DNA of 64,000 bases from a virus (lineage: Duplodnaviria; Caudoviricetes). Each line of letters begins with the position of its first letter. Position 1 is the stretch's first letter. This document shows positions 47,983-57,453 of the stretch, in pieces. The stretch covers positions 160,001 to 224,000 of the IMG/VR virus record IMGVR_UViG_3300001528_000580. The stretch is one strand, 5' to 3'. Below the pieces are notes generated by a model. The model was not told the DNA's origin and searched no databases. It was given only the letters and a program-made list of their open reading frames with translations. Position numbers and translations under genes: made by a program.

Positions 47983-49514
47983 AAGTTTTATTTGTGAGAG
48001 AAGGGTTCGCACATAATTCATCAAGCAATCATGGAGTTATAAAAAAAATAGATTTAAATAATTCTATTTTTGGTTATACTGATGATTATGATTATCAATC
48101 AGATACTTTTGTATTATCAAATAAAGAAGATAAATCTAAATATATTTTAACTCAAATAGTTTTATTTATAAGGAATAAGTATATTTCTGATTCTTTAATT
48201 ATTCCAACTAACTCTGAAATTAATAAGAAAATCAAACAATTGATTAAAAACTCTATTGTTAAAGATTTTTTTAATTTTCCAAATATTAATACTGAATTTG
48301 ATGTTGATCATCAGTCAATTTGGAATTTTCCACTTCCTTTATTGTATAATAATGAATCAGAATTATCAAATTTAATTGATGAACATTTTTTATATGATTT
48401 GATAAATTATTTATTGTCAGATGATATTTATATTGTTGGTGGTCATGATAGTATGCCATTAGAACATTATTCTAAGACAGATGTTATTTATCTTGCTAAT
48501 TATTTGAAAAGTTATGGAAAAATTTTCTCAAGAAAAGATGATACAGGAAATTGGGTTTTATCTAATGTGGATAATGGTGATGTAATTGTTGTAAATTTCG
48601 ATAATGACAATGTCGATAATGCTAAATTAAGTATTCCATATCTTATTGATCTTAATATTACAGATCAATGTACTAATGGCTGTGAATTTTGCTATCGTTC
48701 ATGTAATGCAAATGGTAATTATGTTAAATCAACTGATATTAGTAATATCATGGATTTCTTGCATTATTCAGGTGTTACAGAATTTGTTATAGGAGGTGGT
48801 GATATTACATTGCATCCAGAAATGAGATTTTTATTTTCTACATTTAGAAAATATAAAACATCTTGTACATTACATTATAAAAGTTTTATCAATATTGTTG
48901 AAAATGGTCTTATTGTAAAATATATGAAATCATTCAAAGCAATAGCTATTAGTTTAAGTGATGCTGATGAAGAAACCATTATAAAAATAAATAATATTAT
49001 AGAGAATTTAAAGGAATATTCGTATCAAAAGAAATTTAGTTTACAATTTATTGCAGAATTAACAACATTTGAAAGATTAAAATTTATTTTTTCTAAATGC
49101 AAAAATAATCCTATCAATATACTTGGGTATAAAGATTTTGGTAGAGGTGTTGATTATAAAGAGGATAATAGACTTACAATTATTGATGATAAATACATTG
49201 ATGAAATTTTAAATTATTCTTCTATTTCGTGTGATACTATTTTAAATTCTTCTATTTCATGTGATGCAATATTTGCAAATAGATATAAAGATATTTTATT
49301 GAGAAAAAATGCATCAGAATTACATTTAGCAAAACAAGATGGTCTTTGTACTTGTTTTTATGATGCTGTTGGTGGATTTATTCAACCAAGTTCTTATTCA
49401 AATGAAAAATTTAAATTAAATATTAATAATTACCTTGTTCGTAATAGTTGGATAAATAGAGATAAGAAAGATAAATTTAAAAATAAACTTAAAAGTATTT
49501 TTAAGAAATTTTAA
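47979..49514 (+). CDS. radical SAM protein with N-terminal extension
   Basis: CTNGCEFC (CxxxCxxC), GGGD; N-terminal R.GF..NSSSNH and VDHQS. Confidence 0.85.
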   Translation: MKVLFVREGFAHNSSSNHGVIKKIDLNNSIFGYTDDYDYQSDTFVLSNKEDKSKYILTQIVLFIRNKYISDSLIIPTNSEINKKIKQLIKNSIVKDFFNFPNINTEFDVDHQSIWNFPLPLLYNNESELSNLIDEHFLYDLINYLLSDDIYIVGGHDSMPLEHYSKTDVIYLANYLKSYGKIFSRKDDTGNWVLSNVDNGDVIVVNFDNDNVDNAKLSIPYLIDLNITDQCTNGCEFCYRSCNANGNYVKSTDISNIMDFLHYSGVTEFVIGGGDITLHPEMRFLFSTFRKYKTSCTLHYKSFINIVENGLIVKYMKSFKAIAISLSDADEETIIKINNIIENLKEYSYQKKFSLQFIAELTTFERLKFIFSKCKNNPINILGYKDFGRGVDYKEDNRLTIIDDKYIDEILNYSSISCDTILNSSISCDAIFANRYKDILLRKNASELHLAKQDGLCTCFYDAVGGFIQPSSYSNEKFKLNINNYLVRNSWINRDKKDKFKNKLKSIFKKF

Positions 49515-49527
49515 AAAAGGAGTTGCT

Positions 49528-49851
49528 ATGATTAAATTTGATAAGGATTCAGATAAAATATATCAATTCTATGTATTTGATGAAAAAGAAGAATGTGTTC
49601 AAAAACATTGGAGTAATTTACAAAAGTATTATAAAATAAAAGATAATGCAATTATTAATTTTTTAGGTATTATTAATTTTTTAGGAGTTCCACATGCTGT
49701 ATATAAAATTACAGAAAAAGAAGGCATAACCTTAACAAATGAAGAAAAAGCACTGATTGCAGGTTTTGGAAATTTATCTTGTGGATATATTGAAAAAGAA
49801 TATAAAGGAGAACCAGTATTTGCTATTGCCTTGACAACACAAGGATTTTAA
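49528..49851 (+). CDS. hypothetical protein, paralogue of 37584
   Basis: LTNEEKALIAGFGNLSCGY. Confidence 0.65.
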   Translation: MIKFDKDSDKIYQFYVFDEKEECVQKHWSNLQKYYKIKDNAIINFLGIINFLGVPHAVYKITEKEGITLTNEEKALIAGFGNLSCGYIEKEYKGEPVFAIALTTQGF

Positions 49852-49854
49852 ATT

Positions 49855-50358
49855 ATGATATTTATTCCAACAGAAAATGTAGTTAAAAGAAATAATGGCA
49901 AAGGTGGATTGTATTTAATTTGGACATATCAACAAACTTATGATCAAAATTATATTATTACTTTTGAATGGACAAAAACTCCAATTTATAATAAAAAAAC
50001 GGATGATGTAAAATATAAATTTGATCATGATCCATTTTATTTACATGTTGATACAATATGTTATCAAGATATTTTACCATGTTCATTTGCACCGTGTAAA
50101 TGTAAACCTCAATTAAGATATAATAAAATAATTGATAAATGGTTTTGTAATTGTGCGAGTTCTGCTATTACAACTAAAAATGACGATCAATCAGAATTGG
50201 AAGAACTTCTTTGTTTTGATTATGAAAAAAATTCTTTTGATAAACCTGAATATTGTAATAATCCAGTAGAAGCTATTTTTCAATGGAATATTTCAATGGC
50301 AGATAGTTATAAGAAGATAAATGAAGAATATTTAGAAAAATTTAAGAAAATCAAATGA
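49855..50358 (+). CDS. hypothetical Cys-containing protein
   Basis: C.C.P..WFCNC..EAIFQWN. Confidence 0.6.
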   Translation: MIFIPTENVVKRNNGKGGLYLIWTYQQTYDQNYIITFEWTKTPIYNKKTDDVKYKFDHDPFYLHVDTICYQDILPCSFAPCKCKPQLRYNKIIDKWFCNCASSAITTKNDDQSELEELLCFDYEKNSFDKPEYCNNPVEAIFQWNISMADSYKKINEEYLEKFKKIK

Positions 50359-50411
50359 ATTATAAATCTCCTTTTTAATAAAAATTAATATTATTATTTA
50401 TTAAAAAGGAG

Positions 50412-50771
50412 ATGAAAATGAAATATGTAAATATTTTTGTTTATGGTTCATTAAAAAGAGGTCGTGGAAATCATGATTATTTTTGTCAAAACATGACTCA
50501 ATGTATTCCATGTACAATAAAAGGAACATTGTATGATACTGGTTGGGGTTTCCCTGCATTAGAATTATCTGGAGAACAAGTTGTTCATGGAGAATTAATA
50601 ACTGTTCCATTAGCAGATTTACCAGCATTTGATTATTTAGAAGGAGTTCCTAGATTTTATCAAAGAAATGAAATTGAAATAGATATAAATGGTGAAAAAA
50701 TAAAATCATTTGTTTATACAATGGATTGTTCAAGAAAAGGTTTTAAAAAAGTAGAAAGTGGCAACTGGTAA
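50412..50771 (+). CDS. gamma-glutamylcyclotransferase (AIG2-like)
   Basis: FVYGSLKRG..NH, G.LY..G.FPA, V.GE, D.LEG. Confidence 0.92.
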   Translation: MKMKYVNIFVYGSLKRGRGNHDYFCQNMTQCIPCTIKGTLYDTGWGFPALELSGEQVVHGELITVPLADLPAFDYLEGVPRFYQRNEIEIDINGEKIKSFVYTMDCSRKGFKKVESGNW

Positions 50772-50783
50772 TATAAGGATATT

Positions 50784-51279
50784 ATGAAAAATATTATTCC
50801 ACAAAAGTTTTTAGAAAAATGTAATATACATTCTTATCGTTCTTTTATTTTAAAATATAGAACTATGAAAGATTGTTATAATGCTTTGTTAAATGGATCA
50901 CTTGGTGTTGATAGTTTGGAATTAGCGATGACTATATATGGTCACGCTGTTCCTTTTCGGAAAAGTAATATATTATCTTTGTGGTGTGCAAAAAGAGTAG
51001 AAAAGTATATGAAAAAAGAGTCTAGCCACGAAGCAATTAAATTAATGGAAAAATATATTAAAAAAGAAATTATGTTTGAAGAATTAGCTAAATTAGGTAA
51101 TAAATTATCAAAAAAAAAAATATGATGCTAATGAAAATACAGCAGTTGAATTACTAGGTGATGATCCTAGAGAAGTATTGGAATACGTTTCGTTTAGTGC
51201 CGTTAATATTGCAGGTGAAGAAGAAGCAATTGCTCAAATGAATAAGTTAAAAGAATTAGGAAATCCATTTTATGATTAA
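50784..51279 (+). pseudogene. hypothetical gene frameshifted at an A11 run (51110-51120)
   Basis: Removing one A extends the ORF through YDANENTAVELL...QMNKLKELGNPFYD to TAA at 51277-51279, filling the gap before the next gene. Confidence 0.65.
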
Positions 51280-51526
51280 GAAATTTTTTGTAGCAATTTC
51301 AATTATACTTATACTATTAGGCATGTTTTGCCCTTTATTAACACATATAATTAGTGGAAAAGAGAGAGCAAAAACAACTACAAATATAAACATTGAAAAC
51401 ACAAGTAGAAATATAAAGAAAGATAATATAATTGATAATGAAATTGCTGAAAAGTTAAATTTATTAGAAGGTAAAGATTGCAAATATATTGTAGTTATAA
51501 TTGTTGACAAAGATAAAAAGGATTAA
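51272..51526 (+). CDS. small secreted or membrane protein
   Basis: N-terminal hydrophobic segment. Confidence 0.55.
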   Translation: MIKKFFVAISIILILLGMFCPLLTHIISGKERAKTTTNINIENTSRNIKKDNIIDNEIAEKLNLLEGKDCKYIVVIIVDKDKKD

Positions 51527-51528
51527 TA

Positions 51529-51915
51529 ATGGATATAACTGACCATGATATAAATTTATTAGTTCCAAATTATGAATTATGTTTAAAATTAAATGAAACT
51601 GGTCTTTTTGTAAACAGTAAATTATCTGTAAAAAAAGAAGATAATGATATTTATTATTTTGATAGAGAAAATCAAGATAATATTTGCGCTCCAATGTTAT
51701 GCGAAATATTAGAAATATTATTTGAAATTTCAGGAAGAAATAATATACATTTAGATATGATGATGTTTGGAACAAAATGCAATACAATAAAATTAGATAC
51801 ATTCAATCCATATTTTTTTCAGGATAAAAACATTCATACTTATTTTAATGGGAAAGGTACATTTTTTGAATCTATTTGTAATGTTTTGTTAACAACTTTT
51901 GAGGAATTAAAATGA
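51529..51915 (+). CDS. hypothetical protein
   Basis: ORF in operon. Confidence 0.6.
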   Translation: MDITDHDINLLVPNYELCLKLNETGLFVNSKLSVKKEDNDIYYFDRENQDNICAPMLCEILEILFEISGRNNIHLDMMMFGTKCNTIKLDTFNPYFFQDKNIHTYFNGKGTFFESICNVLLTTFEELK

Positions 51916-52589
51916 AAAAGTTAAAGTTAATATTTATTATTCAACTGTATTTTTTATTTGTTTTTTGTTTTGGTAATGATGTTGTAGAATATTATCAAAA
52001 TGAGGCAACTAAATATGGATTTAAATTAGTTGAAAAAGTGGAAGAGCCTAAACAATTAAATATAAGAAAGTTGAGCAAAAAAGAATTAATAGAGCATTGG
52101 AATAAATTATTTGAATTATTAAAAAAATATGATATAGATTTCAAAAGATTTAAAATAAATAGTGTTTCAATGGTTAAATCAATAAAACATAATGGTGATA
52201 AACATTTTGGATATAAAATAAAAAATGATATTTATTTAACTGAAGAATGGTTAGATTTTGTGTTTTTTCATGAAATATATCATATAGTGGATGATGGTTA
52301 TAATAATGATGAATGGGAAAAACTTAATAACAAGAGATTTAAATATTCAGATAGACCATCAAAAAAATTTGTTCAAGATTTTGTTAGAGAATATTCACAA
52401 ACAGATATAAAAGAAGATAAAGCAGATGTATTTGCTATTCTTATTACAAATGGTAAAAAGTTTTTAGAACGTCATAAAAATAATATGATTATGAATAAAA
52501 AAATAAAATTTATCATTAATGAAACAATAGAAAATAATTTAGTTTCAAAAGAATTTTGGGAAAAACATCTTGAAATAAAAATTGATTAA
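51912..52589 (+). CDS. exported zinc metallopeptidase-like protein
   Basis: Signal peptide; HEIYH (HExxH); Y....EDKADVF third-ligand motif. Confidence 0.75.
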   Translation: MKKLKLIFIIQLYFLFVFCFGNDVVEYYQNEATKYGFKLVEKVEEPKQLNIRKLSKKELIEHWNKLFELLKKYDIDFKRFKINSVSMVKSIKHNGDKHFGYKIKNDIYLTEEWLDFVFFHEIYHIVDDGYNNDEWEKLNNKRFKYSDRPSKKFVQDFVREYSQTDIKEDKADVFAILITNGKKFLERHKNNMIMNKKIKFIINETIENNLVSKEFWEKHLEIKID

Positions 52590-52692
52590 TAATATTTTTA
52601 AAAGATTTTATATAAATTTTTTATATTTTTTCATTTTTCGAGTTGCATTTTTAAATTTTTAAGCTATATTATATTTATTGAAAGAAAAGCAT

Positions 52693-52769
52693 GGTCTGGT
52701 AGCTCAACTGGATAGAGCAACTGCCTTCTAAGCAGTAGGTCGTGGGTTCGAGTCCCGCCCAGACTACCA
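52693..52769 (+). tRNA. tRNA-Arg(UCU)
   Basis: GGTCTGG/CCAGACT, ACTGC-CTTCTAA-GCAGT, TTCGAGT, CCA. Confidence 0.95.
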
Positions 52770-52804
52770 ATTTTTTAAATATAAATCTAAGGAGATATGT
52801 AAAA

Positions 52805-53251
52805 ATGAAGTGGAATATTGCAAGAGCATTGAAAGAAAAAACTCGTATTGTTTCAAAGATTAATATTATTGATTCATTGATCAAAGAAGAAAATTCAATT
52901 GAAGAAGGAAATAGTCGTTCATGTGATATTATTGAAAAAGTATCACAGAGAATGGAATTGATGGAATATTTGATTAAATTGAAAACTGCAATTTCAGTAG
53001 CAAATGCAGGTATTGCTGATAAGTTAAATCGTATGGCAGAATTGAAGGGTTTATTGATCTTTTATAAATCATTGAATTGTCGTGAGGGACAATTTGTAAA
53101 TAGATACGATTCAAATTCCGATAAAACTGTTATTACCGCTGTTATTCATAAGCAAGATGCAGCAAAAAAAGTTGAAGAAATCCAAATTGAAATTGATAAG
53201 TTGCAGGATGAAATTGATGATTTTAATGCAATAACTTTGATTGAAGTTTAA
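52805..53251 (+). CDS. DIP1984-like coiled-coil protein
   Basis: IARALK.K.R..., L..LK.AI..AN, ...IDKLQDEIDDFNA.T.IEV pattern; AAGGAG SD. Confidence 0.65.
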   Translation: MKWNIARALKEKTRIVSKINIIDSLIKEENSIEEGNSRSCDIIEKVSQRMELMEYLIKLKTAISVANAGIADKLNRMAELKGLLIFYKSLNCREGQFVNRYDSNSDKTVITAVIHKQDAAKKVEEIQIEIDKLQDEIDDFNAITLIEV

Positions 53252-53261
53252 AAAAATATTT

Positions 53262-53477
53262 GAATCTCTAATTTTAGTATTGATATTGTTTGATGTAGTT
53301 TCTTAATGAACTCCATTATGGGGTTTGATTAGGTTCACAGCCAAATCTTCTAAAGCATAGATAGTGATTGTGTATTATAAAATTTAAAATTTGGTTGATT
53401 AAAATTTAAAAATTAAGTTTTAAAACTTAAAAATTTGTTGAAACTATTCTACAGTTGATAGAAAAAATTAGAGATTC
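53262..53477 (+). ncRNA. putative structured RNA downstream of the DIP1984-like gene
   Basis: 14-bp closing stem GAATCTCTAATTTT/AAAATTAGAGATTC with nested stems and AAAA(T/C)TTAAAA repeats. Confidence 0.55.
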
Positions 53478-53595
53478 TTTTTATTAATTTTTTGAATATT
53501 TTTCATATGGTAGCTGATAAATTCATTTTGGTTATGCCGTTCTAAATAACCAAATAATATGAATATCAGTGTTAACAAAAAAACAAAGGAGCCAT

Positions 53596-54906
53596 ATGAA
53601 TTACGTAATTGATACAAGTACTATTTTGTATAACTGGAATTCTTTAAGATCTTTCCCAAATGAAAATATTATAATACCTTATCAGGTTTTAAATGATTTG
53701 GATAGATTTAAAACAGATTTCGGTGAAGTTGGAGATAATGCAAGAGCGGCATGTAATTTTATTTGTAAATATGTTAATTCAAGTGAAAAGTTTACATTTA
53801 AAAAAATCTTCAAACTTGATAACGGAAGTAGATTGTTTTTATGGGAACCAGTAGAAGGAGTTGATTCAGACGGAAAAATTCTTAATACAGTAAAAAGTGT
53901 ACAAGAAAGATATCCAAAAGAAGAAATAATCCTAGTAACCAAGAAAACAAGTTTTAGATTATTGGCTCATGGTCAAAAAATTCAGTCAATTGATTTTAAC
54001 GATGTAGGAGAATTTGAGGATAAATCAGGTTGGCAATATGTTGAATTTAGTGCTGATGATTTTTCAAGAGTAAATACAACTATTGGATCTTTATATTATG
54101 ATGAAAAATTTAAAGATTTTGTAAAAAATAGTTATATTGTTCCTACCTGTGAAGGTAAGCCATACGAAGGAGTTGTTTATCGAGTTTTAGGAGATGGTCA
54201 TTTAAAAGTAATTGATAGAAAACCACATTCTTGTGGTATTGTTCCTAAAAATCTTGAGCAAATGATGTCATTTGACTTATTGATGAATGATTCTGTTCCG
54301 TTGTGTGCTCTTGTTGCAAAAGCTGGAACTGGAAAAACATTAATGGCTATTGCCAGCGCATTGCAAAAAGTTCTTGTAGAGAAAGAATATAGAAAATTAG
54401 TTATTACAAGACCAGTAGTACCAATTGGTAGAGATATTGGATTTTTACCAGGTGATATGGAAGATAAAATGGAACAATGGCTATTACCATTTTGGAATAA
54501 CATTGAATATATTAGTTCAATAAATAATGACGCAGGAAAAAGAAAATTTTCTAAGGAAAAATTAAATATGCTTCTTGACAAAGAAGCAAGAAAAGAATTA
54601 ATACAGATATTACCAATTACTTATATGAGAGGTAGTAGTATATCAAATGCTTATATTATTATAGATGAAGCTCAAAATACTACACCAAATGAAATGAAAA
54701 CTATTATTACTCGTATTGGAGAAGGAAGTAAATTAGTTTTAACAGGTGATATTGAACAAATAGACGATAGATTTCTTAGTAAAGAATGCAATGGATTAAC
54801 TATGGCAGTTCAGAAATTTTATGGTAAAGATTTATTTGGATTTGTTAAGTTAGAAAAATCTGAAAGATCTCCATTATCTGAATTAGCGAATAGTATTTTG
54901 TTTTAA
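53596..54906 (+). CDS. phoH: PhoH-family ATPase with N-terminal PIN domain
   Basis: YVIDTS PIN motif; AGTGKT, IGFLPG, YMRGSS, IIDEAQN, TRIGEGSK, GD..QID; AGGAG SD before 53596. Confidence 0.92.
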   Translation: MNYVIDTSTILYNWNSLRSFPNENIIIPYQVLNDLDRFKTDFGEVGDNARAACNFICKYVNSSEKFTFKKIFKLDNGSRLFLWEPVEGVDSDGKILNTVKSVQERYPKEEIILVTKKTSFRLLAHGQKIQSIDFNDVGEFEDKSGWQYVEFSADDFSRVNTTIGSLYYDEKFKDFVKNSYIVPTCEGKPYEGVVYRVLGDGHLKVIDRKPHSCGIVPKNLEQMMSFDLLMNDSVPLCALVAKAGTGKTLMAIASALQKVLVEKEYRKLVITRPVVPIGRDIGFLPGDMEDKMEQWLLPFWNNIEYISSINNDAGKRKFSKEKLNMLLDKEARKELIQILPITYMRGSSISNAYIIIDEAQNTTPNEMKTIITRIGEGSKLVLTGDIEQIDDRFLSKECNGLTMAVQKFYGKDLFGFVKLEKSERSPLSELANSILF

Positions 54907-54943
54907 TATAACAAAAAAGTTTTTGGGAAGAAAGGTACTTCTC

Positions 54944-55406
54944 AAAAAACGCTTGAAAAAAATATTTCTTGTGTTATATTACAATTGTAATAAGAAAATG
55001 TAATAACATGGTGCTATTATATTTTTAAGCTATAATATTTTATTAAAAGAAAAAACATGGTCTCTATTTTAAAAAAGGATAAATAAAAATGACAGAAAAA
55101 CAAGCAGATCAGAAGTTTCAAGAACTACAATCGTGGTTTAATACAGTTGGTTGTCCGGAAACCTATCTCAGTGATGGTGAATATGAAAGTTCTTCTGTTG
55201 CAACTATTTTTGGAAATGGATTTCCAAGCGAATGTTTAGTAACACCACCACAAAATATCAAAAAGATCATCAAAGAATTGAAAAGGTTCTATGATGAAAT
55301 GGAATAACAAGGTGCTTCCAAAAAATATTATAAAAAACGCTTGAAAAAAATATTTCTTGTGTTATATTATAGTTGTAACAAGAAAAGTAGTGACATGGTG
55401 TTATTA
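54944..55406 (+). repeat. ~75-bp direct repeat containing a promoter (54944-55019 and 55332-55406)
   Basis: AAAAAACGCTTGAAAAAAATATTTCTTGTGTTATATTA identical in both copies, then near-identical through CATGGTG. Confidence 0.85.
55089..55307 (+). CDS. hypothetical protein
   Basis: 72 aa, AAGGA SD, lies between the repeats. Confidence 0.65.
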   Translation: MTEKQADQKFQELQSWFNTVGCPETYLSDGEYESSSVATIFGNGFPSECLVTPPQNIKKIIKELKRFYDEME

Positions 55407-55437
55407 CATTTGATAATTTATAAACTAAGGAGTAAAA

Positions 55438-56649
55438 ATGAATTTTGAAACTGCATTGAAAATTTATAAAGAACCTGATAATAAGGGATATAAGGTTGTT
55501 CAATTTGCAAAAGATGTTCAAAATGGTACATTTACATTTACAAGTGCAATTGAAATGAAAAAACTATTTTCCCAAATGTTGAATACAAATTATTCAAAGT
55601 ATGTTTATGTGAGTAAAAGCGTTGGTTTGTATGAAAATACAATTTTCAAGCTCGGTTTAAGTTTTTTTAATAGTGTTGAAAAAATCGACAAATTTTTTGA
55701 AGATAATAAAAAACAAGATAAAAAATGTTCATGTTGTAATTCTAACAATAATGTTGCAAATTTTTGTTTCCGTTCAGGTATGCGCCGTATAGTTGAAACA
55801 GAAAATTTTGACAAAGAATTTATTGAAATTTGTCGTAAAGCAAAATTTGCTGTTAACGCTAATGATCATGGAGTTGCTTATATTTGTCGTAAATGTTTTA
55901 CTAAAATATTGACAAAAGCATATATCAATTTTAATAACATTAGTGTTGACGCTATTAAGGGAGAAATGAGCGATTTACTTATAAAAAGTAAAGCTATTGT
56001 AGAAAATTCAAATAAAAATGGCAATGGTTGCCTTGATGTAAATAAAGAATATAAAAAGGAGTCAAAAGGTATGAACGAAAAGTTTGCAAAAATTAACAAT
56101 GTTACAACTGCCACTGATGGACAGCTTGCAATCGTAAAGGACGGAGTAGCTTATATTCTAACAGAGGATAATCAGTTGGTTGCAGTAGCGGCTAGCGTTA
56201 CTCCTGATAGGGCTTATGCAAGTATTCGTGTAGTTGCAAATGATGTAAAGGAAAGAGATATTGTTCTTGATCCTTGTAATGGTAATCCAGTTTTTGTTGA
56301 AAAAACAGAAGGAACACGTATTACTTTTAGGGATGTAATCAATGCTACTTCTGTAGTAAGAGATTTTGTTCCTGATGAGATCACTGGTGAAGCAACTGTC
56401 ACCAAGTTGATTTCTGTTATTAAGCTCGTTCGTAGCAATAGAAATGTTCTTCCCATTATCAATAGATATGGTAAGGATACAGTATTTGAAGTAATGGTAA
56501 ATCAGTATCTCAGTTATGGAGATGTTGATGCAACCAGAATTGAAGCAGAAATCAATCCGACTATGATTCAGTTGGATATGACAAGGTCGATGAAGAACAT
56601 GACCGATAAGGTTGGTGAACTTGTCGATAAGTTAGGAGATAAAGAATAA
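55438..56649 (+). CDS. hypothetical protein (central Zn finger; possible internal start at 56071)
   Basis: CSCC..CRKC; AAGGAG SD at both starts. Confidence 0.7.
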   Translation: MNFETALKIYKEPDNKGYKVVQFAKDVQNGTFTFTSAIEMKKLFSQMLNTNYSKYVYVSKSVGLYENTIFKLGLSFFNSVEKIDKFFEDNKKQDKKCSCCNSNNNVANFCFRSGMRRIVETENFDKEFIEICRKAKFAVNANDHGVAYICRKCFTKILTKAYINFNNISVDAIKGEMSDLLIKSKAIVENSNKNGNGCLDVNKEYKKESKGMNEKFAKINNVTTATDGQLAIVKDGVAYILTEDNQLVAVAASVTPDRAYASIRVVANDVKERDIVLDPCNGNPVFVEKTEGTRITFRDVINATSVVRDFVPDEITGEATVTKLISVIKLVRSNRNVLPIINRYGKDTVFEVMVNQYLSYGDVDATRIEAEINPTMIQLDMTRSMKNMTDKVGELVDKLGDKE

Positions 56650-56661
56650 CAAGGAGAATAC

Positions 56662-56955
56662 ATGGAAAAAGAAGTTTTTGTAGATGGTGTAGGGCAGATA
56701 CACTTTACAGGTGGAATGATTCGCCTTGACTTCATAACCATTCAGCCAAATGGTGAAAATGGTGAAGATGTTAAGCCAGAAGTTAAAGAGCGTGTTATTA
56801 TGACACCTCAAGGTTTCTTGAGTGTATATGGTACTATGAATCAGTTGATTGAAAAATTGGTTGAAAATGGAGTTTTAGGAAGAAAGGATGAAGCAATTGT
56901 AGAATCCGTTCCAGAAACAAAACCAACGACTAAGCGTAAGTCAACAAAGAAGTGA
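56662..56955 (+). CDS. small conserved-looking hypothetical protein
   Basis: FVDGVG.I...GGMIRLD..RVIMTPQGF; AAGGAG SD; terminator at ~56965-57009. Confidence 0.75.
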   Translation: MEKEVFVDGVGQIHFTGGMIRLDFITIQPNGENGEDVKPEVKERVIMTPQGFLSVYGTMNQLIEKLVENGVLGRKDEAIVESVPETKPTTKRKSTKK

Positions 56956-57024
56956 TAAACTTCAATACCATGATGATTGTATAAATATGATCATCATGGT
57001 ATTTTTTTTAAAAAGGATTAATCT

Positions 57025-57453
57025 ATGTCAGAAAAAAACCTATATGATAATATTCTAATTGAAGATTGTGGTGTATTTGTCAATGGTGATTTTTATCCAT
57101 TTATTTCATTCTCAAAGATTAGTAAAGTATCAGAAATATATAATGATGAAACACAATATTGGGGTTATACTTATAAAAGATCTGGATATGAATTTTATAT
57201 AAAACTAAATAATAAAAGCTGTATTGAATTATCGTTGGAATTAACATGTAATCAATACATTAATTATACAAAAAAGTTTTTATTTATTGAACAAGATGCG
57301 AGAAAATTGAATCCAGAGTATGATAAATTTTTTGATAATGTAAAGAAAAAAGTTGAAAATAACAGAAAAGCAGCAATATTGTTGCATGATGAATTGACAG
57401 AAAGATATATTCAATGGGACAAGAGCCATCGAATAGAAATTGGTACAAAATGA
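57025..57453 (+). CDS. hypothetical protein
   Basis: 142-aa ORF. Confidence 0.6.
   Translation: MSEKNLYDNILIEDCGVFVNGDFYPFISFSKISKVSEIYNDETQYWGYTYKRSGYEFYIKLNNKSCIELSLELTCNQYINYTKKFLFIEQDARKLNPEYDKFFDNVKKKVENNRKAAILLHDELTERYIQWDKSHRIEIGTK

Noticed and set aside
49207-49270. Short tandem duplication in the radical SAM gene (ILNYSSISCD/ILNSSISCD)
   Set aside because: In-frame micro-duplication with no sign of function
52675-52884. Track ORF 52675-52884(-) and the 52742 start
   Set aside because: These are shadows of tRNA-Arg; the real CDS starts at 52805
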